From positions 372,001 through 436,000 of the forward strand of contig NW_026937967.1 of the NCBI RefSeq assembly GCF_032062105.1: a DNA stretch of 64,000 nucleotides, in the 5' to 3' direction. The position numbers and the translations under genes are program-made. Positions 39,434-53,318 of the stretch are shown one piece after another (positions within the stretch are counted from its first letter, which is position 1; the number at the start of each line of letters is the position of its first letter). This stretch comes from Saccostrea cucullata. Taxonomy: Eukaryota. The notes beneath the pieces were generated by a model. The model made no database searches and was not told where the DNA came from. It saw nothing but the letters and a program-made list of their open reading frames with translations.

Positions 39434-41022
39434 TATAATAGATTTAAATATTACAATTCCAGAGGCCTGACCTGAAACTTTTAATAGTCTGATATTTTGC
39501 TCAGGATGGTAAGTATCTCTCATACATCTTTTCTCTTGAGAACGTTTATCCATGTTATACATGTTAATTCTTTCAAATGCTATAAAAAGTGTACAACACA
39601 GTACCATTGCTAACAATTGACGAAGTATAAAATCTTAAATGTAATTTATTTCAAACATTAGCGGATGCGGACAGGTACACAAAAGAAGACAGTTTATCAG
39701 AGTTTTGCACATGTCTGTTTGACTTATTGAACTTTTTGGATGACACTTTATCATACCATTAATCGAGTCATTATCCCACGATGTAAATGGGGTATGTTTG
39801 TTGAGTAATGATATTTATCAATTAAAGATTCCTATCGAAATTTTTTTTTTCCGTCTTAAAAAATGACAAGATAAAAATATCATGACATTACTGCTCACAC
39901 ATACCGAAAGCTTTATTATTACATTTTTAATAAATATACGCACAACATGCTGATAAAAAATTTGATAAAATTAATATTACTCCCTCGTTTACGTACGCAC
40001 TGATACGACAACCCAGAGAAAGGCGAATATTTTAAAATATTCGGATTTGATTGAAGGATAAGAAAATGTGAATATCCTTTCTGAAACTCCGAAACTAATT
40101 TATACTGTAAAAATCTTGCTAATTATTGATTTTAAAAATTTAATTTAGACATTTTGAAATAACATTGCAAATGATTGAAAAAAATAATTATTTGACGACA
40201 ATTTCTTCAAAAGATAATAAAGGAATGGCTACAGATGTTCAAAACGATCTTTTTTAACACTTTATACAACCATTCAAAAATAACTGGATTTTTTTTACAT
40301 CATAAACAACTGTTTAAATTTAAAAAAGAATAATTATATTTTTAAAAGATCTCCAGTGACAATCTTTTGAGACCAAATTTTCCAACAGTCCATTGGAATA
40401 CCTATGGGAATAATTGTGCTCCATTATTAATATTATTTTACTGTATTTCACTCATATTGACTTTTGATGCCATGGTATAAAGTAAGTGTAAACATTGTAA
40501 AGTTTGAGTTTAACCTACTGTTAGACCTTTTTGTGATTGTCAATGTACATTTAAAATGAAAAGTTAAAGGTAGTTTTAAATTTGTTAAAAACAACCGTTG
40601 AAATATGCGTAGAGATTTGAAACAACTTTAAGAACTTGGAAGAAACCAACAGTTCAGATAATCACTCCAATGAGATGATTTGCATACACTCGAATGTTTC
40701 AAATACGACAAGAAAACACGCTCAACGATTCCGTTTCATTAAGACATTTTATCAATCAAATGTAATGCATCACAAACAAGTTGCTCATGTGTGCATCCAA
40801 GAATCAATAATTTGAGTAGAATTAAACGGGTTCCGCATAGTCCATTCCCTGTAATTATCATAAAAGGACATTTACAAGTAGTAATTGGCATGATTATTAA
40901 AATAAAATTCCATTGACCTGGCTTGTTTCAAGGATTGACATTCTAAATAATTTCTAGAATCGATTTAGCTAAAATTTGGCAAAGTTTAAAGCATGGAGTC
41001 GATCCGATTTGATAGCTGAGTA

Positions 41023-41235
41023 CTGTAAAACCATATATTTTCGAGGGGTCAAATTTTCGTGGTTCAAGGAAAATATATTGGTTCATGCATGGGGATTTGA
41101 TTTCGTGATTAAAGAATTGTTCAGTAATAACATATGTGAAAAATTGCATTTCATGGTCAACACAAATTCATGGATCACTTCATACCTTGAAAACAACGAA
41201 AATTAAACCTCCAAGAAAATACAGTAAACTCACAG
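41023..41235. mobile_element. TA-CTGT..ACAG-TA MITE
   Basis: tactgtaaaacc..ttttcg and cgaaaattaaac..cacagta. Confidence 0.55.
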
Positions 41236-41627
41236 TACTTGAAAAATTTTCTTATTCCCAAATAGACGAAAGAAAAATACTGGCAAATCTGGTTATATTT
41301 GTACGTTTCTAATATTTTATTTTATTCCTTCAAAAATTCCATTTGACTTTAACCATGAAATTAAAATAACTGTCTTTTTATTTTCAATAATCATTTACAA
41401 TAGTTCTAGTGTAAATGAGCAAGAGAGTAAGATAAGATAGTGATTTCCAAGTAACAAATGTTGATGTTAAAACAGAAATATTTAATCAAAAGACAAAGAA
41501 AGATCTTAATAACTTTAAGAAGAAAGTATTTAAATCAAGCATTTAATGATGGTCAAACCAGGTTTAATCTATATGATAGGCATTTACAATCAGGGGTATT
41601 TTATTCTAAAAAATATTTCCATTTTAG

Positions 41628-44600
41628 TGAGGCCATTCAAAGTTTTAGAGCATGACCAAGATCGTGTATATAAATTAGAGGTTTGTAAATTTTATCCACC
41701 GAAACTTTTTCGGATGATAAGAATGTCTCAAAATAGAGAGTAATGATGTCTCAATACATGTATCTGCGACAACTTATATTTTGCTTGTACCTCATTTTTG
41801 GAACAGGATTATCAGCGGTAGGAATATTATAATAATGTTATCTTCTGATATTCACAAAAACTTTATTCATGTATCAGTATTAATATAAATAAAAATCAAT
41901 ACAATGTTTATTTGCAATCCTCCTATCATATAAATACAATTATTTCTTTAATTTCTAAGTACATTTTTAAAAATAAAATTCAAAATAGATATGAATATTT
42001 ATTATTCTATTTTATGAAAATCTTATGCTTACGTGTATATATTCGACAATATTTTGTCTTCATGCAAATAAGACTCATATAATTTAATCAGGTCATGAAT
42101 ATGAATATTAATTTTTCTTGTTAATTTCAGTTTCATGTCGATAAGAAAACAACAAAGTTTCCAATTCGAATCCTATCAGCGTCTACGGAGGCGTGGTGGG
42201 ATGACACATGGTATGAAGTGGAATTTGAAACCACGACGGAACACAAGACTAAGGTTGTCTGGTTCTTGCATCATATGGATAAAAAAATTCCGATAGTTTG
42301 TGAGTATGTTTTTTAAATGTAGTTTGAATCCTTACTTAATTTCTACCAATGCCTATTGGAGACAAGAACAATAATTATTCTTGATTGCTGCCTATTTAAA
42401 ATTAGCTGTCTATATTTATGCTTGTAATGCATGATTTCTTTTCCGGTCAAAATTCTACTCCAAAAAAGCTCCTTTTTGAATAATTGGTGTTAAGGATGAC
42501 GCGTTTACTAAGGTTTCAGAAGTCAAAAATTGTTCTAAATGGATGAAATAACAGTTTTAACCCAAAATCAATTTAAGAATTTAATATCTTATTTTTTAAG
42601 AAAATACACAGGAACAAAAGTCAACGAATGTATGGTGGCGCAGAGGAAATTCGGACTAAATTTCTAATTTTTCATTTTTGTCAAAATAAATTATTTCGTA
42701 CATTATCAATTACAATGTAAAAGTTAAATGTATTTCAAAACATCAGTTTGCAGATAATATGTGTATTAAAGCTCATGAATTATTTCAAATAATTGAATGC
42801 TATGAAATAAATAAATTCAAAAATATGAACAAATACCATTTCAGACAATATATCTCAATACTTCTGATCGTTGACCTCATATAATATTAATACCATTAGA
42901 AAAAGTAACTTGATGCTATAAATAATTTAGTGTTCTTATCATTCAGATTTTTATAATATTCTATCAAAAATGGAGAAAAGTAAATTATGACAGAGGAAAT
43001 TCGGACTGTAATAATTAATAAGTTTATCACCCAAACTCTAATCACTTATTTATATGAAGCAACGCTGTTCCGTTCCTATAATATTTCATTAGTTAAAGAG
43101 TTTTGTTGTTTGTAATATTTTGTGTGTAAAGGAAAAACCCGTCATAGTGTTTAAAATTGAATTATTTCCCCAGAAATACTGAGGGGCCACTAGATGAAAA
43201 GGAGGTCATTGACCTACTTATTTGAAATGAAAATTTAACAAAGGAATCACAGGCGTACAATGTGCAATAGGTTTGTTTTTTGTTCTTATCAGTAGAATTT
43301 TTTGTCATCTGAGTAAATGTATACCTTAATTGTTACAAATGTGCATGCTAGATGGTATGTGCATTTACCAGACCTGCTTTCATTATGTATCTACATTTTT
43401 TGGACGTCGACCAAGTAAAGAATCTGAAGTCCGTCCATTTCTAATTAATTACTTGTCTTTCCTGACAACTTAGGTGTATTATGCATCTTGGGATGTACCC
43501 AGTCTGACACACTACCGGTATGCTTTGTAAAAGTATTGTGCTTTCTCTAAACAGGTGGTTCAGATCTTACATATTTTGCAGTCATTACTTTCAGATGCAG
43601 TCAAAAGACCAATGTAAAAGAAAAGTAATCAAAACACTAAAGATTCCAAATTGTGTTGAATGTCTCTTTAATATGATATGAAAACAAGTATGCTACATGT
43701 ATAAAATGTTTTTATTTTCAGTTGGTGATCCCTCATTTTCCTCCTCCTTGTCCTATCAATGGCCTTACAAAAACCGACGTGTTGCCAGACTAAGGTCCAG
43801 AAAAGAAATGAGCACTCTTACCGAAACGATCCTAGAATTTGCAGTTACTCATCACCAGTCGACTGTAACTATTACTTTTGATGGTCTCAAGAATTTAAAT
43901 GCCACGACCACTCAAACTTTTGATGATTTTGAGGTATCTTCATTTTCATCTTTTATTTGTGCGTTTGTTTGTCTAGATCTTTGCACCAATTCGCCAATAT
44001 GCATGTCTGTCACAAAATACCTACACTTTTGTTACAACGCTTTCACATTTCATATATACATGTATATGAGCATAATCATCATCCCAAGTCATGGGTTTAT
44101 GATCATTACATATCGCAAGACGTTTCCGAATATATGTTGAATTGAATTTCATGAACTGAAGACTGTACTTGTCAGAGACTGTTACCTTGGCTGTAAGATT
44201 TTTACTTTTCACAAATTTTCATTTTTAGAAATTTACATTATCTGTGAGAAGATTTTTTCCCCCCATATTTACTATGATTTAGATCTTGTGACTTAATGTA
44301 TATTTGGATTTTTCTTAAGCCTTAATTTTGGCTGAGCATTTGCATAAGACTTTTAGAATATATATTTCTAATACGAGGTATAAGTTATTGACAAAACAAG
44401 TAGATGAAACAAGACTATCATCAATTTCCTTTTAAGTCACCTCGTAAGTTCTATGTTCGATATAATGACCTTGACAGCAAATGGAATTTATCATTAAGTC
44501 AACCCTCACTGGCGTTTTTCAAACTAGTCATTACCGGTATATACAAACTGAATTATCGACGGATTTTTCCGTCATTTTCCTATCCTGATATTACGTTTTA

Positions 44601-46388
44601 TGTATATGATAGACCATTTTATTGCACATTATCCAATAGAAATCCCAAAATGAAGGGCAAAAATTAAAGAATGTACTTTTATTGTTTTATGAATTCCTAA
44701 TAATGTTTCAGTAAATCATATCTTTATCATTTATACATTTTGTAAAACATAAACAAGAAACAGCATGAAATGACTGATAAAATAATATTTGTTGTAATCA
44801 AAAAGAATTTCCAACGCATGTTAATGCTCATTAAACAAAAGGAATGTTTTTATTCAGTGAAATTTAAGCCTTTCTTCAAAGGAAATTATATGTATGTATA
44901 TATAAAGTGAAGGTATTTAAATTTTCGTATTTTTTCAGTTTGACATTTCTGTGGTAAACTCAACCCAAACAAACGATACGACAAACATTAAGTTTGAAGC
45001 ATCGTATGAGGTATCAGGGAGTTCAAAGAATGTAAATGATAAATTAGTGTTGTAAGTGGGTATTATTAATATCAAATACTGTATGTTGTGTCTTTAAGTA
45101 AACAAACCAGTATATGTACATTGTAATTATAGTCTAAAAAAATGAATCTTTACGTTTCACACAAAGTAAATAGATGTTTGCTACAAAGAAAAAATTGTTT
45201 TTTAAATTAAACTCACTTTTATATTTTTAATTGGCCCATATAAAATAGATAATTAAAAAAAATCCCAGTGAACATATATTTTTAATATTTAATTTTCTTC
45301 AATAGTCTTCAATAATTAATAATACAGAATACTATTGAACACAAGTATATCATATTTAACATAACTTCTTTAAATACATGTAGATATACATATATCATAA
45401 CTTTTGCAAAAAAGAATAAAATTCTAAAAATTTAAATGTTCTTGAGCTGTCCACATGTAAACTATAAACTGTTACTTACCTGTAGGTCCAGATACATTGT
45501 GGAGGAAATCGACAACATTACAGGTCAGACTGGTGTAAAATTTTCAAGCAACGTCAGGAAAGTGCAGGACGATATACCGACTACATATTCCTTGGAATAC
45601 AACGACAACGCCCTCTTTCTTGATATAACAGAAATAAACATAGCTTTCGGTTGGTACTCTCGGTTTGAAATTTTGAAAAAAAAATGTTTAAAAACTAAGA
45701 AACCTACTGTAAAGAAATTTGAAGCCCCTCTTCTTCTTTATTTGATCAATAACCTATGTCGTTTTGTACTTATTTGTTTGATAATACAATTTGGAAGAAA
45801 ATTCTCAGAGCTAATTTGCAGAAGCTATGTTAATCTTTGTTGTCCAGCTCAATTTCACATAATCATTTTCTTTAAAAAACCAGCCCTCTGTCAGTTATCC
45901 TATATTACAGAATAAAAGTTCCATATCTAATTTAGTCACATGAAAGAAAAGGACAATTTTATTACTCTTAAAATAATACAAGTTCTATCGTTCTTGAGTG
46001 TCGTTTGAATTTTCACATAAATTTTATAATATTTATGTTTTACTTTATTAAAATAGAATCTGATGCTGTGATTAAGAAAATGGTTTTGCGATCTGAGTAC
46101 CATTTCTGGGAAGGGGATCCTCGACCGCCATTGAATGGTATAGGTCTGTTTGAGGAATATGATATTACCACTCACGATAAAAAGGCCATCAAAATCGTTC
46201 ACTGTGATGGTATTGGTGACGTCAACATTAGAATAGGTCTTCGTGGAAAGACTGGCGTTGCAGACATACCACCTGGACAGATTCCGGAAGTCCAGATTAA
46301 TTACGGGTACTTCCGGGAGGCGTTCGCCTTACTGAGGTATTACTCAGGAAAACTGGAGGACTATGAAGCCTATTGTTATCTTCAATAG
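41628..46388 (+). CDS. Uncharacterised multi-exon protein, probably secreted (exons 41628-41680, 42131-42299, 43722-43933, 44939-45051, 45486-45649, 46057-46388; possible upstream exon ending at 38680)
   Basis: Six exons with AG/GT boundaries and mutually compatible phases give an open frame ending YEAYCYLQ*. It has several N-glycosylation sequons (NAT, NST, NDT, NIT) and no family motif I recognise. The start codon is unresolved. Confidence 0.7.
42494..43325. mobile_element. Possible TTAA-flanked (Kolobok-like) non-autonomous element
   Basis: ttaa-gg..tttact and agtaaa..cc-ttaa; internal direct repeat cagaggaaattcggact at 42641 and 42991. The TIR match is weak. Confidence 0.35.
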
Positions 46389-47348
46389 GCCACAGATATT
46401 TACAATATAACATAACGAAATATATTCAAAATCTGATAATGCTTGTGTATGTATCATGGGTCCATTAAAAGTGACAAACAAATACTATGTACAACAATAG
46501 TATCAATTTCAAATTGCATTAATCTGTTGAAGAAAATTGTATAGGAGATTTAGAAAAAATATTACTGAACACAAATATGGATTACCTGGTTTTTTTAACG
46601 CCACTATTGCAAATTTCTTGTCATTTATTTAGTCATTTTTTTGGTTAAACAATGTTTGAGAAAATTTTCATCATTTGATCCAATATTTTTAGGGGAAGTT
46701 GAATAAATGATCTTTGTTACAAAAATAAGTTGTTCTGGTTTTTGCTTTGATTGCAAATGATCTAAGATATATTGGGGATCAAAACTGGTTGTTCCATGTT
46801 GACGAATAAACAAAATATTTCATTTATTGGGAAAACATGGAATGAAATCGAGGTTATTTAGTAACTGAAATATATTTGGGTGACATTAACATGGATTACA
46901 TTGATAGATAAGGAACAGCCTCAGGTATATGTATTGTTAATATCCTGTTTCATATATATAAAAGAAATAATTATACTTTATATTGGGCTTTTAAATTTAA
47001 ATTCCTCAGTGATGGTAAGTACTTTATTCTTTTAAATCGTTCAAGGGGTGTAAAAGTAATATTATTTAATACTGCAAAGCTGTAGTTTGACAAGGAAATA
47101 ACTTTTATGGGAGCAGCAGGAACCAATAATCCACTTTTTAGAGTGAACAATTATCGTTTGTTAAATGTCTTCCTAAGCAAAAGGCTTCAATAAGGAAATG
47201 ATTTTTTAAAAAAAATAAAATTAAATTAAAAAAAAAACTGGTTATTTAGAGCGTGTCCTTTTAAAATTCATATAGTATATAATTTCAAACATTAGCATTT
47301 TTCTCCAAATGCTTTCAATGCCTGCAGGGATTCATTGTAACAGTCAAA

Positions 47349-48940
47349 ATGATCTCTTGTACAAGGCATTTTGTAATGAAGTGTGTCAGTCTTTTTATTA
47401 CCTTGGACTCTTTGATTGTTAAAGTTGAGACTCAAATTATTGTTCAAAACGGTAAGCTATATTTAAGTTATAATTTGGATATTTTATATTTTGGAATGAA
47501 AGAGAATAATTATTCTCGTAGCTATTTTAGTATATACCAATATTAAATGTTCATCCTAGAACAGCAAAATTAAAACGTTCACAAAACACAACTGCAATCA
47601 TTTGAGATTAGGTATCCCAATAGATGTATGAAATCTTTGCTATACATTAATGCATATTTATGTAAAGATACACATATCTTAAGTCTAAAACATCATTTTG
47701 ATAATTTATTTAATCAGGATAGTTTTACACCCATACAGTATACAGATAATGTTTAATACCTTTATGAACAATTTTCCTTAACAGTACGGTTCTATTTTAG
47801 TGGCCGCTAATTTACCAAGTAAGGTTTATCTGCCTGAAAACATGGAAAAGGGCTACACTGTATTCACTGTTAAAGAAAATATAAATCCGATAGACCCAGA
47901 CAATATACTTACTGTAACTCAATTTTATCCAGCGGCAACCAAATCTGTTTTCCAATACAACGTAACAAGTAAGTTAGACGTATTTCATTATTCTTTTGTT
48001 TATAATCATAAATGTTCTTTTGATCGCTCTATTCGTAAAAAAAGTTTCTTTGTGTTTATTTCGTCCAGTTCATGATCTATTTTTGTCGTTTAAGCAGCTA
48101 AAAAAACTTGTTTTTTTCTCTTAGTCTTTGGATTAATTCATCCTCAAATTTATTTTTACTGTCATTTTAAATCATATAATATATCATATAAACGGAATTT
48201 TTAAAAAAGTATAAAAAGTTATTCATGTATATGTAGCAATGTAAAAAGGTCGAGTACATGTACTTTATAAATAATTTTTCTTATACATTTTAAAACATAA
48301 AATTAAAAACATGTATCAGTGTTGTAGGTAAAGAAGTTTCTGTGATTAATGGGAGTTTGCTGAATTTCGAGAGTCTCAACAAGTCCTACCTGATTCTTTT
48401 CCAAGAAAGAAATGATCCTTCCAAAGTATACCCATTATTGATAGAAATAATTGACGTACCCGAACCCTCAGATTTCAAGCTGGAAAAGACAACAGATAAT
48501 GGCTGCTGTAATGACGTCAGAAGATTGTTGTGGATGGTGCCCGTTTCCTCTGCATTAGAGTTTATCTTGATAATGCTTGGAATCACAATTTTATTTTGCT
48601 GGTAGGTCGAAGATACAGTACAATAAGTATCTTTATTTTCATGTACTATTAATTACAATTTCCCAAAGGGCAAGAACACTTAATAAAAAGTTGACTTTTT
48701 CAAATTCTTAAGTCAACTTTATATTTGTAAATAATTAGAAAATGTATATACTAGAATACCATTAGTTATATTTATTTACCGTAAAGTGGTTATTTTAGTA
48801 TTTATATCTTCCACCTTTGAAAATGAATGATATTAACGAACACAATATTTATAAAAGCATATAATACATTATTTATTTATTTTATTTACAGTGTACCAAA
48901 GAAAGGAAAACAAACAATAGTAAAACCATTTGGAAAGTAA
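47349..48940 (+). CDS. Single-cadherin-domain type-I membrane protein, copy 1, 197 aa (exons 47349-47451, 47801-47968, 48328-48601, 48892-48940)
   Basis: Cadherin-like hallmarks VYLPEN..G.TVF, LNFES..SY and IEIIDVPEP, followed by GCCNDVRR, a TM helix LLWMVPVSSALEFILIMLGITILFCC and the tail VPKKGKQTIVKPFGK*. Exon sizes (103/168/274/49) are identical to copy 2. Confidence 0.85.
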
Positions 48941-51900
48941 GGAGAATGTGAAGACATACCATGTCCACTTTTTTTCTGAATTATCCGGAATCAAAGCATA
49001 TTTTGTAAATTTTGATAAATATTTTTATTACATATATAATGCTTTCGTTGTTTTCAATGATATAAAATCGTTTGTGCTAAGTTTGCATAAGAATCCATGA
49101 AGTAATATAATAATCTGTTGTATATTTGTGTCATACAAACTTCTGAGTGGAAGTCCGACAGGGATTCATGCATCATACATGATATAGCGATAGTTCAAGG
49201 TCAAACGTCACTGTAACGTTATAGACTAGTACGCTGAAGTCTAATGTAAGAAAGTATTACTAGTATTTAAAATGGTTAGACTCTGTGCATGTCGAAAGGA
49301 ATCATGGACTAGCACTACTAAATTGACGTACCATTCATAATGGTCTAGCCATATTAAACTATATATTGTAAAATCATATATTTCCACGGGGAAAGTTTTC
49401 CAGATTTGAGAAAATATTCTTGATTTGTAGGTATTTGATTTCGAAATGAGTATTGAGTAGTAATGCGTGTTAAATTTTACATTTCATGGTTTCATCTCTC
49501 CATACTTCATAAATAACGAATATTATTCCCAACGCACATTTGTGATTTCACATTATGCGTTTTAACACTATGCTGTTAGCATATAACTTACAATACATTT
49601 AGAATCTATAAGTCTGCTAGAACACAAAAAGAGTGTGGGACCCATGATTCATTTGGCCTTGTTCTCGAAGGACTTGTTACAACTTTTTGTCAAAATTTTG
49701 TTCAGAATAAATCTCAAACAAATTCCCACATATTTTAAAATTATTCCTTGGTTTCAATTTTTAAATCAACAAAAAACTTTCAAAAAAGTAAACAGCAACA
49801 GAGCGACATCTTTTATATCTGCATCCCCGATTCAGTTAAAACTTAAAAGATAAGGGATTCACATCTGAAGTTAGGTCATATATGCACTTGCCCTGTCGTC
49901 CAGTTTTTTAAATTATTATTATATTAAAGTTATTATATAGTGAAATATGTTAAATTAAAATACTGTAACAACAACTTATTTTCAATAGTCAATTGTTCAT
50001 AAGCGAGTCAAAAATTTAACAAATTGTTGATATCACACTATATAGAGCCTATAATCTTATTGAATAACTATAAACGCGCGAACTTTTCGCGAGCATATCG
50101 TCTCGCGTTATTACGCGAAAATGAAATAAATAAAAAAAAAAAAGGATTTACAAAAAACGGGGCTTATCTCAATGTCAAAAATTAAAATAACAAATACCAT
50201 TTCAACTCATTTAATAAAGATTGTATTGAGCCACTCAATAACATATCGTCTGCATGTATACTTTATCTTTCTTTGATAAACATACCAAGCATTTTTTTTA
50301 CACTAGAAAAATGCAAGATGCAAATGACGAAACTATACTGAATCAAAATAAAGTCAAAAAAATTTAGAAAATTGAGAAAACTCTATTCTTGAGTATATTC
50401 ATTTTCTTGTTGCAGCTTTTAAATACTGTATAATTGTTTGAATTGGTCGCATATCTGTAAACCTGTGAAACAGTTGTGCATTTTACTGGTTTTCCTCAAG
50501 GAATAAAATGACTTTAGGTTAATAGCATAATCAATTTTATCTTGAAAATAACTTTATGCAGTAAACAACCAACCACGAAACGCATGCGTTTGAGAAATAA
50601 ATAAAAACAATTTAAAAACCTACATCATGTTCATACATAGCTGCGCCATTTCTCGGTTTTCTCTAATATTAAAAAATCCTTAAGATCACAGCAAAACTTG
50701 ACTTTTTCCTCTTAGCTATAAACAGTAAGGGGTATTCTATTACAAATCAAAAGCTAAACTATAAAAAAATAATTTTTAAATGCATCAACCTATCTCTAAA
50801 TCAATTTAGACATTTAATGTTAAGCAATAAATATTTGGAAAATTTTACTGAGTATATGCCACTAGGTTATTTGCCGGGTATTTATATCTTCTTTCTGTTT
50901 GACACACAAAAAAAATAAATTTAACATATTAATTATTTCCCTGCCCATCGCTGTTTTTTTTTAGAAAGAATACAGAACCACACCTGAATTCTGCTGTAAA
51001 TATGTCATTTTTATGAGACAAAGGTAACACAGTCATGAACATTTTGAGACTCCGTGTGTATCTACACTTTGTACTTATCTCTCAAAACTTAAATGACAAT
51101 AGTTCAAAAACAACTTTACCATCCGGTGAAGAATAAAGAGGCAACAAACAAAAGACCAAAATCCAACTATATTAGAATTTATTGAGCATCTGCTACATAT
51201 ACCTGAGTACAAATGTATGTCTTGACAAGTGGTCGGAAGAAGGTTTAACGTGAAACGGGTCTAAAGAGCTAAATCTTTAGTCTTTCTTTTCATTTGTTTC
51301 ACGTATGGATACCGAGTTTTCAATGATTCTATGTATCGATGTCATTCACAAATACGTTTCATTTTTAATCAATTAATATAAATAAACCATCATATTATTA
51401 TTATTAAATTTGGTAGAAATATTTCATTAATTAAAATCATCCCAAAAATATGATGATGTACATATTTATTTCAAAGTCGTTGAAAGTAAAAAAAAAAAAA
51501 AGTATAAATAGTTTGGCATTAAAATTTCATTCAGCTATTAAAGATATTTACCTTTTTAAGATATCTATAGTCAAGATTAACGGTGTTTTGTTTTTTTTGT
51601 TTGTTTTTTTTTTTTTGTTTTTTTTTTTGTTTTTTTTTTTGTAGATTTGGCTATTGCAGCTTGACATGAGTGCTGTCGAAATCGTTCTTACAATTCTTTT
51701 TCCGCTCTTATTTTCAGTTTGATCCACGTATCTTTAGCTTACTAAACAAACGTTTTATGAAATCTTACTTTTTCGTAATTTTTATAAATTGTTTATTTTG
51801 AGCTGTTCATTTATTTTTTTAGTATTTGTTTTCATATATTATGATCTCTTTATTTAAAATATTTTTTTGTTCGTGTAGGTCTTGATTACGAATTCACTAA

Positions 51901-52419
51901 AAATAAGTGTCGAGGAAAAACATCATAATGATATCTGTATGTTCTTATTAAAACATATACATGTAAGAAGTATTTTTTGACTTCTTATTGGAAGTTTAGA
52001 GAAATCACCGATTGGTGATCGAATACGTTATTAAACACATATTTTTATATTTTCACAAATGGTACCACCAGGTATATAAATTACAAGACGGTACCAGTTG
52101 TTTACAAACATTTATTGTGCAGTTTAAATTGTTATTTGTTAAATTAAAAGACAGATAAAATATTTTTAAGGACAGATGAACATTAGTAGATGTAGATTTA
52201 AAAAAATTCTTTTGCGTAGCTGCAAATTATCAAAACTGCGTCTATAATTTTTAACTAATCACATTTAAAAGGAAAACATAAGTTCGTTAAAAAGTGTTTT
52301 AATAGTAAAATAAACATAGGGAAATCAACACCTTTATTACAAACCAAATAACGCAAATAAAAAGATGCATGCATTCAGGCATATATGCATATTAACTATA
52401 TTAATATTGAAACATATAG

Positions 52420-52625
52420 AGATGATAAAAAGTATTCAAGATCAAAAGTCCATATAACAATACAATATAGGAGTAGAAGAAAGACGGACCTCCAAAACAT
52501 CAGACGTGGGATCAGGTGCTGTGGAGGAATGCGTATCCCCTGTCGACCGGTCACGCCCACTATATGCTCCTTGTCATGATCGTGAAATAACGGGAAAATC
52601 CGTAAACAATTCAGTGTATAAATAA
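52420..52625 (-). mobile_element. Penelope-like 3' tail fragment
   Basis: cggacctccaaaacatcagacgtgggatcaggtgc..atcccctgtcgaccggtcacgccc. Confidence 0.8.
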
Positions 52626-53318
52626 CAATCTTATTCGTGGTCAGATTACAATATTTTGAAAACGTTATTTAATTTAATTCAAATTTATATCTATTTTGAA
52701 TTCCAAATTTCAATATTTACATTTGCAAATGTTTTCCTTTATATAACACTACTGAAAGCAAGCGTATTAATAACTGTATAAATACAGGTACGGGGTCAAG
52801 AGGTCATAGATGTGCGTATGGATAAACGTTCGATGTAATTTCTCAGTGACGTCATAAAGGGTCGACGCGCGTTCAGTAAAACTCAAAAAATGATACCTTA
52901 TTTCTTCAATATAACCAATAAACACGTATAATATGTATAATACTCAATTTTCACAAAGGTATTAGGTCTTAGATCAAATTTTCGAATTATTTTTAAGTTG
53001 AAATAAAAAAAAAATTAAGCACTGTATTAAAGGGTTACGACAAGGAAGTCATTTAAAGTATTTAATTTAATAAAGCAATAAAAATAAATTAAATTGAAAT
53101 CTTTAAAAGAATCAGGTTACAAGCATTTTCAGATCTGGTTGAAGTTTTTGTACTTAAAATGAACATCAACGAGGAAATTGATTTTAATGTGTCTAAAATC
53201 CATTTTATAATCAGATTTTTTGTCAATTTATTAAGAAGTTTATACTATATAAGTAGAGCCATAGTGTGCAACATCTTATAATTTTTCAAAGAGAGTAGAA
53301 GGTCCCATTGCAGTAAAA

